Below are positions 28,393 through 38,271 of a stretch of 64,000 bases of DNA, piece by piece; position 1 is the first letter of the stretch; every line of letters starts with the position of its first letter. The position numbers and the translations under genes were made by a program. Source of the stretch: Candidatus Nanohalarchaeota archaeon (GTDB taxonomy: Archaea; Nanohalarchaeota; Nanosalinia; Nanosalinales; Nanosalinaceae); assembly GCA_022729235.1 (NCBI GenBank), contig JALDAJ010000001.1, positions 384,001 through 448,000 of the forward strand, in the 5' to 3' direction. Under the pieces are notes generated by a model. The model was not told the origin of the DNA. It saw only the letters and a list, made by a program, of their open reading frames with translations, and did no database searches.

Positions 28393-29349
28393 ATGGAGTT
28401 AAGAAAGGGAGCTGAGACTATAGTCGATCAATGCCTCGATATCTCTGAGAATGAAAAGGTCTTTCTGGTAAATGACGGTAACGATATGGAGCTTATCCGT
28501 GCGTTAAAAGATGTGCTTAATGAGTGGGTGAGAAACTATGAGTACTACGAGTATCCGGAACCACAGAACCATGGAACAGAGCCTCCGAAAAAAGTTGCGA
28601 AGGGTATGAGAGAATCAGATGTTTTTATCGCCCCGACGCAGAAATCGATATCACATACCAGGGCGCGTGTCAAGGCGTGTGAAAACGGTGCCAGAGGCGC
28701 CACGTTACCTGGGATAAACAAGGAAATATGGAACTCGTCTCTGAAGGCGGACTACCAGCGTGTTAAGGAGATATCAGAGAAGGTTTACGGGATTATGGAG
28801 GAGACTTCGGAGATAAGGGTCGTGACTGATTCGGGTACAGACCTCCGCTTCGATATGGATGCGGAGCATTTCCATACGGATACAGGTCTTATCCACGAAC
28901 CCGGGGAGTTCGGAAACCTTCCTGCCGGGGAAGCTGATGGAGGCGTTCTAAATGCGAGAGGCAAGCTAGTTATAGATCACATGCCGTTTGTGCCGGAGCG
29001 CAACTATGGCGGGGAACTGGTTATGGAGGGCTCAAGGATTGTTGACTGGAATAATTTGGGAGACGACTCTGAAATCGTCCAGGCGATTAAAAATGTAGAC
29101 GGTGTTAGAAACGTCGCCGAGTTCGGTTTCGGGACTAATCCTGATGCATCCATTATAGGCAACATTTTGCAGGATGAGAAGGTTCTCGGTACAGTTCACG
29201 TAGCTATAGGCGATAACACGTCTTACTTCCCTGAAGAGCACGAAAAAAGAGTTTCAAGCGATATTCACTGGGATACTTTGTGCATAGAACCTACGGTATA
29301 CTTCGACGACCGGAAGATGCTCGACAAGGGAGAACCCACGTTCCTATAA
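28393..29349 (+). CDS. Thermophilic metallo-aminopeptidase (M29-like)
   Basis: GNLPAGE, AEFGFGTNP, DEKVLGTVHVAIG, IHWD. Confidence 0.9.
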   Translation: MELRKGAETIVDQCLDISENEKVFLVNDGNDMELIRALKDVLNEWVRNYEYYEYPEPQNHGTEPPKKVAKGMRESDVFIAPTQKSISHTRARVKACENGARGATLPGINKEIWNSSLKADYQRVKEISEKVYGIMEETSEIRVVTDSGTDLRFDMDAEHFHTDTGLIHEPGEFGNLPAGEADGGVLNARGKLVIDHMPFVPERNYGGELVMEGSRIVDWNNLGDDSEIVQAIKNVDGVRNVAEFGFGTNPDASIIGNILQDEKVLGTVHVAIGDNTSYFPEEHEKRVSSDIHWDTLCIEPTVYFDDRKMLDKGEPTFL

Positions 29350-29435
29350 ATCAGCTTCAGAGGATTTTATCCGGATTTTAGGTTATGAAAATAGAGATAA
29401 TAAGATTTATAAACGAAGCTAAGCCCATTAAATCT

Positions 29436-29666
29436 ATGTCAAAAGACGAATCAAGCTCTGAATCTGGAGCAAAGCCTCCATTATTCCACAATAGAAACCA
29501 GGGAGTTACTCTCTGGGCTGAAACCGACAAAAATGGTAATACTTTCTTAAGAGTAAATCTACCCCTGAATTTAGGCAGTATTCCTGTGTTTGTTAACGAC
29601 TCGGGATACAAGGCTCTTAGGGATGAATTCAACGATTTCACGGAGAACCTTGAGCTGGAGAGCTGA
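29436..29666 (+). CDS. Small hypothetical protein
   Basis: MSKDESS... start with TTTATAAA about 25 nt upstream; acidic. Confidence 0.6.
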   Translation: MSKDESSSESGAKPPLFHNRNQGVTLWAETDKNGNTFLRVNLPLNLGSIPVFVNDSGYKALRDEFNDFTENLELES

Positions 29667-29774
29667 AGTACAGGTAGGACTACTTGTAAATGAGCGCCCG
29701 GTGACGGTGTGTTAAAGCGTCTTCTTGGGCGTTCAACAGTAAGTTTTTATAACAGTTGTATCTTAACTCTGGTT

Positions 29775-29939
29775 TGATGGCAGCCCTTTCATGTTCACAG
29801 CTAACAACCTTTGAGTCCGTGAAGGTAGAGGCAGGGTTGCCGAAGTTTCTGCTGAATATTATTGGGACCAAGTTTAAGCTGTAGATAGGTCCCGGAGCCG
29901 CTTCACCTACAACCTGTTTTTACAGGTGTTCTCTGCATC
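29775..29939 (+). promoter_or_regulatory. Structured 5' leader (riboswitch candidate) of the DUF5794-like gene
   Basis: TATA at ~29744-29752; helices GGCAGCCCU/AGGGUUGCC, ACCUUU/GAAGGU, GGGACC/GGUCCC, ACCUG/CAGGU; complementary loops ACAGCU/AGCUGU. Confidence 0.55.
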
Positions 29940-30740
29940 ATGGTTCTGGATGATTTAACTGACGGCGCTTCACGGCATTTATACGATTTCTACGATGAAG
30001 GAACGCGCAAACTGGTCTTCATACTCTGTCTACCTATAATCGATGGAGTGTTCCCTGCCTTACTTGTTACAGGTGCAGTAGCTACCTTTTCAGACATGGT
30101 AGCGGTAGCTCTAACAGTATTCGCGGGCGCAGGAGCGTTAGCGATAATCTACTCTTACGCGGAGAACATCAGGGAGGCGAAGAGGATGGTGTTAAAGGCG
30201 TCGATACCGCTCCTTCTTGGAGCTCTAGCCGTAGCTCTGATCGCTCCTGTGTACAGCGAGTTGTTCCATGTTGAACGGCTTAAGTACGCGGCAGGACTCG
30301 CACTGCTTGTTATAGCAGGCCATCTCGCAGGTATAGATCTCGCGGAAAAATTCTCGACGCCAGCGATAATACTTACGGGGATGGTTTTATCTGTCAGGAA
30401 TCCTGGTGTATTGACATTCAATCTTGGTTATGTTGCGCCGGCGTTGATAACTACTGTTACAGCTATAGCCGGTCTCTATGCTGCGTCCTACCTGACGAAC
30501 ATGGAGATGAATCTGTCTTATGTGAGGAGAGGTGCAGCTGTAGTTCTAGCGTTAATCGCGATATCTCTCTTCGGCTATGACCTGCCTTCAGAACTCAGTC
30601 TCGCGGTTTTCGCAGTCGCATTAGTTGCGGCTCTGGAGACTAGAAGCGTTTTACCTCGACTTCGAAGTTTCCTTTCTCCTTCAGTCTCTCCGCAAGTTTC
30701 ACGACTAGTCTCTCCCGGAAAGGACGGAAAGCTAGGCTGA
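29940..30740 (+). CDS. Multi-pass membrane protein (DUF5794-like)
   Basis: LPIIDGVFPALLVTGA N-terminal motif resembles a haloarchaeal membrane family (from recall); about 8 hydrophobic segments. Confidence 0.65.
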   Translation: MVLDDLTDGASRHLYDFYDEGTRKLVFILCLPIIDGVFPALLVTGAVATFSDMVAVALTVFAGAGALAIIYSYAENIREAKRMVLKASIPLLLGALAVALIAPVYSELFHVERLKYAAGLALLVIAGHLAGIDLAEKFSTPAIILTGMVLSVRNPGVLTFNLGYVAPALITTVTAIAGLYAASYLTNMEMNLSYVRRGAAVVLALIAISLFGYDLPSELSLAVFAVALVAALETRSVLPRLRSFLSPSVSPQVSRLVSPGKDGKLG

Positions 30741-31026
30741 CCCCGATCAGGTCAGTTACAATACCGGGGCTGATAAGCATAAGCCCTGCGGCTAGAAGTA
30801 TGGTGGTCTCCAGGAAGTTACGTGATACTTCTCTCAGGGTTACAGAGGAGCCCAGTTTACTCAGTACGAACCTTATCTCCCGTCGAGCTATCTCTGCGCC
30901 TATAACGCCAGTTACAAGTATGAGGGCGACTGTCCGCCAGAAGCCGATGGCGGAGGATATCTCGATAAGAACCAGTATATCTATGAACGGTAGTGCTAGA
31001 AGCGCCAGGAGTAGGTAGCGGAGCAT
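30640..31026 (-). CDS. fxsA: FxsA family membrane protein
   Basis: LPFIDILVLIEISSAIG...AGLMLISPGIVTDLIG. Confidence 0.85.
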   Translation of the reverse strand: MLRYLLLALLALPFIDILVLIEISSAIGFWRTVALILVTGVIGAEIARREIRFVLSKLGSSVTLREVSRNFLETTILLAAGLMLISPGIVTDLIGVSLAFRPFRERLVVKLAERLKEKGNFEVEVKRF

Positions 31027-31078
31027 GTGAACTGATGTGTGTCTAGGATTTAAAGATTGAAGCTTCCCAGGTTTATAC

Positions 31079-32857
31079 ATGGGTTCAGTGCCGGAAAGGG
31101 AAGAGATAGAAGACAGGTACAAATGGAGTGTTGACGAAGTTTACAGCAGTAGAGAGGAGTGGGAGGAAGAAAAGGAAGAAGTAGAAGGTTTGCTCGAAGA
31201 GATCCAGGGCTTCAAGGGGGAGGTCATGGACTCAGGAGGTAACCTGTTCGAGGTTCTCCGGCTTTACGAAGAGGTGATGAGAAAAGTAAGCAAGCTCTCC
31301 CGCTACGCCAGCATGAAGAAGGATGAAGACACCCGGGTCCAGGAATACCAGGCGCTTTACTCCCGGACCAAATCTCTGTCTTCAAAGGCTGGCAGCGCAA
31401 CAAGTTTTATCGAGCCTGAGATACTTGAGGCAGGTAGGACGAGGATCAACGAACTGGCCAGTAAGAATAAGGACCTGGAGAAATATGATCACTACCTTGA
31501 CGAAGTTCTCCGGCTGGAGGAGCATACGCGCTCAAAGGAAGTTGAGGAAGTGCTTTCAGACCTCGGGGAAGTCCTGGGATCTGCAGGCGATATATACCAT
31601 GTCTTTTCAAATGCGGACCTCGAGTTCCCGGTCGTTGAGAAGCCGGATGGAGAGGAAGTCGAGATAACACAGAATAACCTGACGCGATTACTCAAGCACC
31701 GCGATAGAGACTTCCGGCGAGAGGTATATCACAAGCTATATGATCGGGTTTCCGAGTACAGGAACACACTAGGCTCGACGCTGGAGAATGCAGTAAAGTC
31801 GAACGTCAAGGTCGCAAGAATCCGGAACTACCAGACTGCAAGAGAGGCATCCCTGAAGAGCGACAATATCCCTGTAGAGGTCTACGACAACCTGGTCGGA
31901 ACAGTAAGGAATAATCTCGATGCTCTTCACCAGCACCTGGAGCTGAAGCAGAGACACCTTGATGTCGATAAAATCAGGATGTGGGATGTTTACATGCCCT
32001 TGACAGAGGACGACCCAGAGATACCGTATGAGGAGGCAAAGGAGTATGTTATCAAGGCTGTGAAACCTCTGGGAGAAGAGTACGTCAGCGCGATGAGAAA
32101 CGGGCTTGAGTCCGGGTGGGTTGATGTCTACGAGAACAGGGGTAAGCGTTCCGGCGCGTACTCTGGCGGGGCATACGACACGAAGCCCTACATCCTGATG
32201 AACTATCAGGACAACATCAGCTCGATGTATACCCTTGCGCACGAGCTTGGGCACTCGATGCATTCCTACTTTACAAATAAGAACCAGCCGTACATCTACA
32301 GCGGTTACCCTATCTTCCTGGCGGAGGTTGCGAGCACGGTTAACGAAAGCTTACTGACGCAATACCTACTTGAGAACGTTGATAATCGCCGGATTAAAAG
32401 AGCGGCGCTCAGCCATTCGCTGGAGAACTTCCGGTCCACTCTTTACCGGCAGACTATGTTCGCGGACTTCGAGCACCGGATTCACAGGAAGGTTGAGCAG
32501 GGTGAGGCACTCACTTCTGATGGTCTCGACGAGACTTACATGGAGCTCAAGTCAGAGTTTTACGAACCTGCGGAGATTGATGACAGGATAGCGAGGGAGT
32601 GGATGAGGATACCGCATTTCTACTACAACTACTACGTCTTCCAGTATTCCACAGGTGTCAGTGCGGCGACCACGCTCTCACAGCAGATAATTGAGAATTC
32701 ATCTTGTGATTACCTGGAGTTCCTGAAGAGTGGTTCAAGCAAGTATCCGCTGGATACTCTCCAGGATGCAGGTGTGGACATGAGTTCGCCGGAACCGATA
32801 GAGCAGGCGATTTCTGTCTACGCTGATCACCTTGAAAGAATGGAGAAACTCCTCTAG
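31079..32857 (+). CDS. pepF: Oligoendopeptidase F (M3B)
   Basis: GKRSGAYS, TLAHELGHSMH, AEVAST, WMRIPHFY. Confidence 0.95.
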   Translation: MGSVPEREEIEDRYKWSVDEVYSSREEWEEEKEEVEGLLEEIQGFKGEVMDSGGNLFEVLRLYEEVMRKVSKLSRYASMKKDEDTRVQEYQALYSRTKSLSSKAGSATSFIEPEILEAGRTRINELASKNKDLEKYDHYLDEVLRLEEHTRSKEVEEVLSDLGEVLGSAGDIYHVFSNADLEFPVVEKPDGEEVEITQNNLTRLLKHRDRDFRREVYHKLYDRVSEYRNTLGSTLENAVKSNVKVARIRNYQTAREASLKSDNIPVEVYDNLVGTVRNNLDALHQHLELKQRHLDVDKIRMWDVYMPLTEDDPEIPYEEAKEYVIKAVKPLGEEYVSAMRNGLESGWVDVYENRGKRSGAYSGGAYDTKPYILMNYQDNISSMYTLAHELGHSMHSYFTNKNQPYIYSGYPIFLAEVASTVNESLLTQYLLENVDNRRIKRAALSHSLENFRSTLYRQTMFADFEHRIHRKVEQGEALTSDGLDETYMELKSEFYEPAEIDDRIAREWMRIPHFYYNYYVFQYSTGVSAATTLSQQIIENSSCDYLEFLKSGSSKYPLDTLQDAGVDMSSPEPIEQAISVYADHLERMEKLL

Positions 32858-33981
32858 ACATCGAACTGCCATTCTCCGTCTTCCTGCACGGTCTCTCCAT
32901 CGACTATTATCTTTCCGCCGTGCGGTGGTCTGAAGTCCTTGACGATGTCCCAGTGGATGCCTGACTGGTTCCGTTTCTCTTCCTCTCCCTCTGGTATACA
33001 CATCTCGTAGGCTCGTCCCAGTGCGAGGTGGATGCTGCCGCCGATTTTCTCGTCGAACAGTGTGTCCTTGACATTTCTAGTTATCTGGCGGTTGGTCCCG
33101 ATCCCGAATTCCCCGAGATAACGCGCGCCCTCATCAGTGTTAAGCATTTTCTCCAGGAACTCCTCGTTTTTCTCAGCGCTGAAGTCTACAACTTTCCCGT
33201 TTTCAAACTTGAGCCAGATACCGTTGACTTCATTACCGCTACTCATCGAGGGATAGGTAAACTTTACCTCGCCCTCTACCGACTCTTTGAGTGGCGCATA
33301 GAAGACTTCACCATCCGGCATATTTCTCTTTCCTACAGAGGATACCCCTTTCCTGCCTTCTATGCTGAACCTCAGGTCGGTGTCATCGCTCTTTATCCTG
33401 ACCTCTTCAGCGCTGTCGAAAACATCCTTGACTGTTTCATTTTTCTCCTCGAGTTCGTCCCAGTCCGTCCTGGTTACTGCTTCGAACACGAATTCTTCGA
33501 ACTCCTGTGTTGACATCCCGGCATTCTGCGCCATCGATGATGTCGGGTACCGTGTCGCGACCCATTTCTTCTCCAGTCTTTTCGACATCAGTTCCTCGGT
33601 CGCCTTTTTCCGTTTTGAGATTTTCTCCGGATTTATGTTTGCGAGTTCCTGCGTGTTCCCGGACCCTCCTAACCGGATATATGCGTCCATCTCTTCGATT
33701 TCCTTCATCTTTGCCTCTGAAACTGTTTCCAGCTGTTCCTCGGATGCGTGTTTCATCCAGTCATAGTCTGCACCACCAGTCCCCATCTGGGAGTCATAAA
33801 GTAGGTGTTCGTGAGGGAATCCGCCTTTCTTTATGATTTGCCGCCTGACTTCTTTGAACAAGGGCAGTGATTCTATTGATTTAGCGAGCAGGTAGACGTT
33901 GTCCCCCTTCTTGACTTCCGCTCCCCGCTCGACCAGTATACGGGCGAACTCCTTGATTCTCGGGTCTTCGGTAGTGTTCAT
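32854..33981 (-). CDS. Aminopeptidase (M29, AmpS/T-like)
   Basis: NMPDGEVF, LGEFGIGTN, LFDEKIGGSIHLALG, IHWD. Confidence 0.93.
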   Translation of the reverse strand: MNTTEDPRIKEFARILVERGAEVKKGDNVYLLAKSIESLPLFKEVRRQIIKKGGFPHEHLLYDSQMGTGGADYDWMKHASEEQLETVSEAKMKEIEEMDAYIRLGGSGNTQELANINPEKISKRKKATEELMSKRLEKKWVATRYPTSSMAQNAGMSTQEFEEFVFEAVTRTDWDELEEKNETVKDVFDSAEEVRIKSDDTDLRFSIEGRKGVSSVGKRNMPDGEVFYAPLKESVEGEVKFTYPSMSSGNEVNGIWLKFENGKVVDFSAEKNEEFLEKMLNTDEGARYLGEFGIGTNRQITRNVKDTLFDEKIGGSIHLALGRAYEMCIPEGEEEKRNQSGIHWDIVKDFRPPHGGKIIVDGETVQEDGEWQFDV

Positions 33982-33985
33982 ATTA

Positions 33986-35476
33986 TCACAGGTCGTATAG
34001 TTCGCCGTATTTTTCCTCGATGTAGTCGAGGAACGGTTCTGCTGAAGGTTTTTGCCCAGTCACTTTTTCGACCAGTTCCGCGGTCTTGAACTTCTTACCG
34101 TGGATGTGTATGTTTTCCCGGAGCCATTCCTGTAGTTCCTCGAACTCTCCATTCGAGATTTTTTCATCGAGATCCGCGATTTCTTCCTCCGCTTCCCGGT
34201 ATATCTGTGCTGCGAGTACACTACCCAGTGAGTATGTCGGGAAGTATCCTATGCTCCCCCAGTACCAGTGGATATCCTGGAGTACGCCTTCTGCGTCACT
34301 TCCCGGGCGTATATCCAGCAGCTCCTCCATTTTATCATTCCATAAATCCGGCAGTTCTTCTACTTCGATCTCTCCGTTGACAAGCCTTCTCTCCAGCTCA
34401 AATCTGAGCGCAATGTGGAGGTGATAGCTGACCTCGTCGGCGTTGACTCTTATCATGTTCTCCGGGTCGACCTGGTTAACTGATTCATAGCACTCTTCCG
34501 CAGAGACCTCGTTGAAGCTGGGAAAATGTTCTTTCAGAGTCGGCAGGAACTGCTCCCAGAACGCCCTGGAGCGGGCGATATGGTTCTCCCATAGACGTGA
34601 CTGTGATTCATGTATCGAGAGGTCGCGTGCAGAGCCCAGGGGGTTGCCGTAGTTGTCCTGGTCAAGCCCGAGCTGGTACATGCCGTGCCCGAACTCGTGT
34701 ACGGTCGGCAGTATACTTTCTGCGAGGTTTTCCCCGTTGAACCTTGTCGTTATACGGCAGTCGAACTGGTTGCCGAGGGTGAACGGGTGTTCCGATACGT
34801 CTAGGCGCCCGCGTCTCCAGTCGAAGTTGAGTTTCTCGACGAGTTCCTCGTTGAGTTCTCTCTGCTTCTCTTCCGGGAAGTCTCCCTTGAAAGCTTCGGT
34901 ATCGACTTCTGCATCCGATTCTCTTATCTTTTCCAGTATTTCAGGCACTCTTTTCTCCAGTTTCTCCATTATCAGCACCATGGTTTCGAACTCTATGTAC
35001 GGCTCGTAGTCCCTGAAGAGGACGCGGTAGGGTTCTTCGTCAGGGTCTATCGCTTCGGCGTACCGGCGCTTCAGCTCTACAAGCTCTTCCAGGTGCGGTG
35101 CGACCATAGAGAAGTCGCTTTCTTCCCGTGCGTTCTTCCACTTTTCGACACATTCCGACTCCTTTTCCGAGATTTTCTCCAGCAGTTCAACAGGTATTTT
35201 CTTCTCTTTTTCGTGCTCTCTTTTGATTTCTCTCAGGACAGCATCCTGCTCTCCGGTGAGGTCCTGGTCTTCCAGTTCTTTGATAAGTTGTCCGAGTTCT
35301 TCGTCGCTGATAAGACGGTGTTTCAGCCGGGACATAACAGCTTTCTGTTTTGACCTTGCCTCTATCCCTCTTTCAGGCATCATTACTTCCTGGTCCCATG
35401 TAAGAATGCTGTCGATTTTGCCCAGGTTATCTACTTCTTCCACTTTCTCCATGAACTGCTCATATTCTGGAGTCAT
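33986..35476 (-). CDS. Carboxypeptidase M32 (Taq-like)
   Basis: HPF, HEFGH, IHESQSRLWEN, IRVNADE, GVLQDIHW, YFPTYSLG. Confidence 0.95.
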   Translation of the reverse strand: MTPEYEQFMEKVEEVDNLGKIDSILTWDQEVMMPERGIEARSKQKAVMSRLKHRLISDEELGQLIKELEDQDLTGEQDAVLREIKREHEKEKKIPVELLEKISEKESECVEKWKNAREESDFSMVAPHLEELVELKRRYAEAIDPDEEPYRVLFRDYEPYIEFETMVLIMEKLEKRVPEILEKIRESDAEVDTEAFKGDFPEEKQRELNEELVEKLNFDWRRGRLDVSEHPFTLGNQFDCRITTRFNGENLAESILPTVHEFGHGMYQLGLDQDNYGNPLGSARDLSIHESQSRLWENHIARSRAFWEQFLPTLKEHFPSFNEVSAEECYESVNQVDPENMIRVNADEVSYHLHIALRFELERRLVNGEIEVEELPDLWNDKMEELLDIRPGSDAEGVLQDIHWYWGSIGYFPTYSLGSVLAAQIYREAEEEIADLDEKISNGEFEELQEWLRENIHIHGKKFKTAELVEKVTGQKPSAEPFLDYIEEKYGELYDL

Positions 35477-35508
35477 AGGTGAAGAAGTGGTAGTGAGATA
35501 CTAAACAG

Positions 35509-35844
35509 TTAGGTCTGGATTTCGTCCGCGATTATCTGTAGAGAGCCCTGGTATATGTCGACCCTTCCTTCTATCAGCAGTTCACCCCTGTCCGATTCCA
35601 GTTCGGAGTCGAAGTCAACCACCTGTATACTGCCGGTAGAGTCTTCTAACGTGATGAAAACGTGACCGTCTGATTCCGTGAAGCTTGTGATATCGCCTTC
35701 CACTTCGATCTGTTTCCCTGCCCAGGCTCTCTCAATCTCCCCTATCTCCACTTTTTCGGCTTCGAGGTAGAGTGTTGACAGGTACATAAGGGTCAGGCCG
35801 ATGACGGCAAAAAAGATGCTTGCCCGGTAAATCTCTTTTTTCAT
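35509..35844 (-). CDS. Membrane-anchored OB-fold protein
   Basis: N-terminal TM helix followed by GHVFITLEDSTGSI...IEGRVDIYQGSLQII. Confidence 0.75.
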   Translation of the reverse strand: MKKEIYRASIFFAVIGLTLMYLSTLYLEAEKVEIGEIERAWAGKQIEVEGDITSFTESDGHVFITLEDSTGSIQVVDFDSELESDRGELLIEGRVDIYQGSLQIIADEIQT

Positions 35845-36377
35845 AGTTCTTTCTCGTGGATTATGTTGTACCGGGTGTTATTCCCGGTCACCTTGCTTTC
35901 AAACAACCTGGTTTTATCGATTTTCAGGTTGCCGAACTCGTGTTCGCTGAATTCCTCAAGGCTTTTCTGCAATTTTTTCTTCTTGCCGGGAGAGAGATTT
36001 TTTACACGCGCAAGTGTGATATGGGGTTTGAAGTCGTGGTTGTTGCTTGACTCGGTTCCGTGTCCAGAAACCTGGTGGTAAAGCCTGTGTATACTTTCTG
36101 ATTCTACCCCTGCCCATATCACACGTATGTAATCTTTTGAAGGGAAGACACCCAACCCTCTTATCTCAGCGGGGAAAGGCTGGACTGAGATACAATCCAT
36201 AGCCTCTTTTATCTCTCTAAGCTGTTCCGGGTTAACGTCCTCGAAGAACTGGAGTGTGATGTGCATCTTTTCTTTCGGGACCGTGTTAAATCCCAGGTCT
36301 ATCGAGTCCCGGACATGTTCCAGTTCCTTCAAGACTTCAGGTTCTTCTATATCGATTGCGGAGAAGACGCGCGCCAT
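35841..36377 (-). CDS. thpR: RNA 2',3'-cyclic phosphodiesterase / 2'-5' RNA ligase
   Basis: Two HxT motifs (MHITLQF, PHITLAR); start MARVFSAID. Confidence 0.92.
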   Translation of the reverse strand: MARVFSAIDIEEPEVLKELEHVRDSIDLGFNTVPKEKMHITLQFFEDVNPEQLREIKEAMDCISVQPFPAEIRGLGVFPSKDYIRVIWAGVESESIHRLYHQVSGHGTESSNNHDFKPHITLARVKNLSPGKKKKLQKSLEEFSEHEFGNLKIDKTRLFESKVTGNNTRYNIIHEKEL

Positions 36378-36425
36378 ACAGTTTTTTATTGTTGTCATTC
36401 TCATAAATGCTATATAGGTGTCAAT

Positions 36426-36686
36426 ATGGCAAACAAGCCCAGGGCAAAAGAACTTGTAGGAAAGACAATAGTATCGGAAGAACACGGTAAAAAGTTTGGA
36501 GAGGTAGAAGACGTTTCATTCGTGGCTGATACCGGCGAACTCATGAACCTTCTCGTCACCGACACAACTCAGCATCTCGATGAAGTCAAGCTCCAGGAGG
36601 ACAAGAAAGGAAGACACATAGTACCTTTCTCCGCAGTCAGGAGCGTCGGGGACTTCGTGATCGTCTCCGAAGGCGACATAATGTGA
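36426..36686 (+). CDS. PRC-barrel protein (CdpB-like, probable cell-division factor)
   Basis: ELVGKTIVS..GKKFGEV.D...TGEL...IVPFSAVRSVGDFVIV. Confidence 0.8.
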   Translation: MANKPRAKELVGKTIVSEEHGKKFGEVEDVSFVADTGELMNLLVTDTTQHLDEVKLQEDKKGRHIVPFSAVRSVGDFVIVSEGDIM

Positions 36687-36710
36687 GAATGCGTGAGAGA
36701 GGATAGAATT

Positions 36711-38198
36711 CTAAATCACCAGTAGGTAGTTCCAGAGAGGAACTTTGACTACTTTTCCATTCTCAACTTCTATTATTCCCGTCTGATTTTCTGTTATAAC
36801 TATCCCGAAATCTGATTCATTATGATCGTATAGGAATCTGTTCAATCCTCGCAAATCTTTCTTACGGATGCGATCTCTATACTTTACTTCTATTGGGACT
36901 GCTGAGCCTGAAACTTTTAGAACAAGGTCTACTTCGCCATTACTGTAGTCCCAGTAATATGTTCTCTCCTCTGAGTTAGTCAAGTTAAAGCAAAGTCTCT
37001 TAGAGTGATCTGCACATATTGATTCTACAATCAAACCTTCCTCGTCAGGTTTCAATTCATAGTCTCCGCCCAACGAACCGGATATCGCGTTCCTGAAACC
37101 AGGATCCCAGATATACGCTTTCTGTTTCTTCCTTTCTGAAGATGCCTTGCTACCCGAATAGAATTTTGTTCTGTGGATGAGATATGCTTCCTCAAGATAG
37201 CCCACATATTTGCCTGCTGTTGCTGGAGAGACACCTATAAAATCGGCTAGATTGCTTTCCACAAGTTTTTGGGCGGTGTTATCTGCAATAAATACCATTA
37301 TCTTCATCAATTTGCTAGGTTTGACATCGTAGATTTCTGAAGCATCTTTTTGTATCGCTTTTTCAGCATCATTCTCTAATTTCTCAGAAGCATAGTTTGG
37401 ATTAACTCCTTCTTCTACCTCTTTTTTGATTATTTTTGGAAATCCCCCTCTGTTTATGTATCTGCCCAGTTCCGATCTTATCTTAGGTTCATCTTGACTG
37501 AGAAATGAGTTATTTTTAGTAAATGCTTGATTAAGAGAGTCAGGGTTCTTTTCCTTGATTGACTTCTTAAAGGAGTTTTTCATTATGTGCTTGTTCTTGG
37601 ATAAGTTTACGCCTAGTTCTAGCTCTCCTATTTCAGATTTCATTCTGAGCGTTTCAGAGAATTTAAGAGGCAACATTTTTCTGTCGATTATTCTTCCTAG
37701 AAGTGACTCTGAACCTGCTGTTATCTTCGCACTTGAGGATCCTGTTATCGCAAATTTGATCTTATAATCTAGGTCATACCAAAACTTTAGACGTTCGGCC
37801 CAATCTTCAACTACTTGTATTTCATCTAGAAATATGTAAACCTCTTCTTCCAAATCTTCGAAACTCTTCTCAAGCACATAGTTTTGGTATATCTCTAAAA
37901 TATCCTCTATTGGCTCCTGTAGATAGCCTCTAAGATAAGGGTTATCTAGCTGAACAAAAAGTATTCTGTTAGGAGAGACTTCTTTGTCATGTATCAAGTC
38001 CTCTATGACTTGTTTTAGTATGGTGGTTTTCCCTACCCTTCTCGGACCTAGTAGGCCAGTTATCTCTTCCTCGTGTATTTGTTCTTTGAGGAAATAGTAG
38101 TGGCTCCTGTTATAGAATCTGCCTTCAAGGTTGACTCCTTGGCCTGACCACCAGGGATTACTTCTTCTCAGGTTAGACAAGATTTTATCTTCTTCCAT
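36711..38198 (-). CDS. AAA+ ATPase (AAA_14 + DUF4143) with C-terminal PD-(D/E)xK-like motif
   Basis: GPRRVGKTT, FLDEIQ, ITGSS, GGFP, EVDLV...PIEVK; more AT-rich than its flanks. Confidence 0.88.
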   Translation of the reverse strand: MEEDKILSNLRRSNPWWSGQGVNLEGRFYNRSHYYFLKEQIHEEEITGLLGPRRVGKTTILKQVIEDLIHDKEVSPNRILFVQLDNPYLRGYLQEPIEDILEIYQNYVLEKSFEDLEEEVYIFLDEIQVVEDWAERLKFWYDLDYKIKFAITGSSSAKITAGSESLLGRIIDRKMLPLKFSETLRMKSEIGELELGVNLSKNKHIMKNSFKKSIKEKNPDSLNQAFTKNNSFLSQDEPKIRSELGRYINRGGFPKIIKKEVEEGVNPNYASEKLENDAEKAIQKDASEIYDVKPSKLMKIMVFIADNTAQKLVESNLADFIGVSPATAGKYVGYLEEAYLIHRTKFYSGSKASSERKKQKAYIWDPGFRNAISGSLGGDYELKPDEEGLIVESICADHSKRLCFNLTNSEERTYYWDYSNGEVDLVLKVSGSAVPIEVKYRDRIRKKDLRGLNRFLYDHNESDFGIVITENQTGIIEVENGKVVKVPLWNYLLVI

Positions 38199-38271
38199 AA
38201 AGCAAACTAGTCTGCCACTTTTTTAAATCAATTCCAAAAACTAGTACGAGTAGTTGGAATTGATTTAAAAT

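Noticed and set aside
30640-30740. 101-nt convergent overlap of the DUF5794-like gene and fxsA
   Set aside because: The tail looks like a non-conserved read-through extension, which is common in compact genomes.
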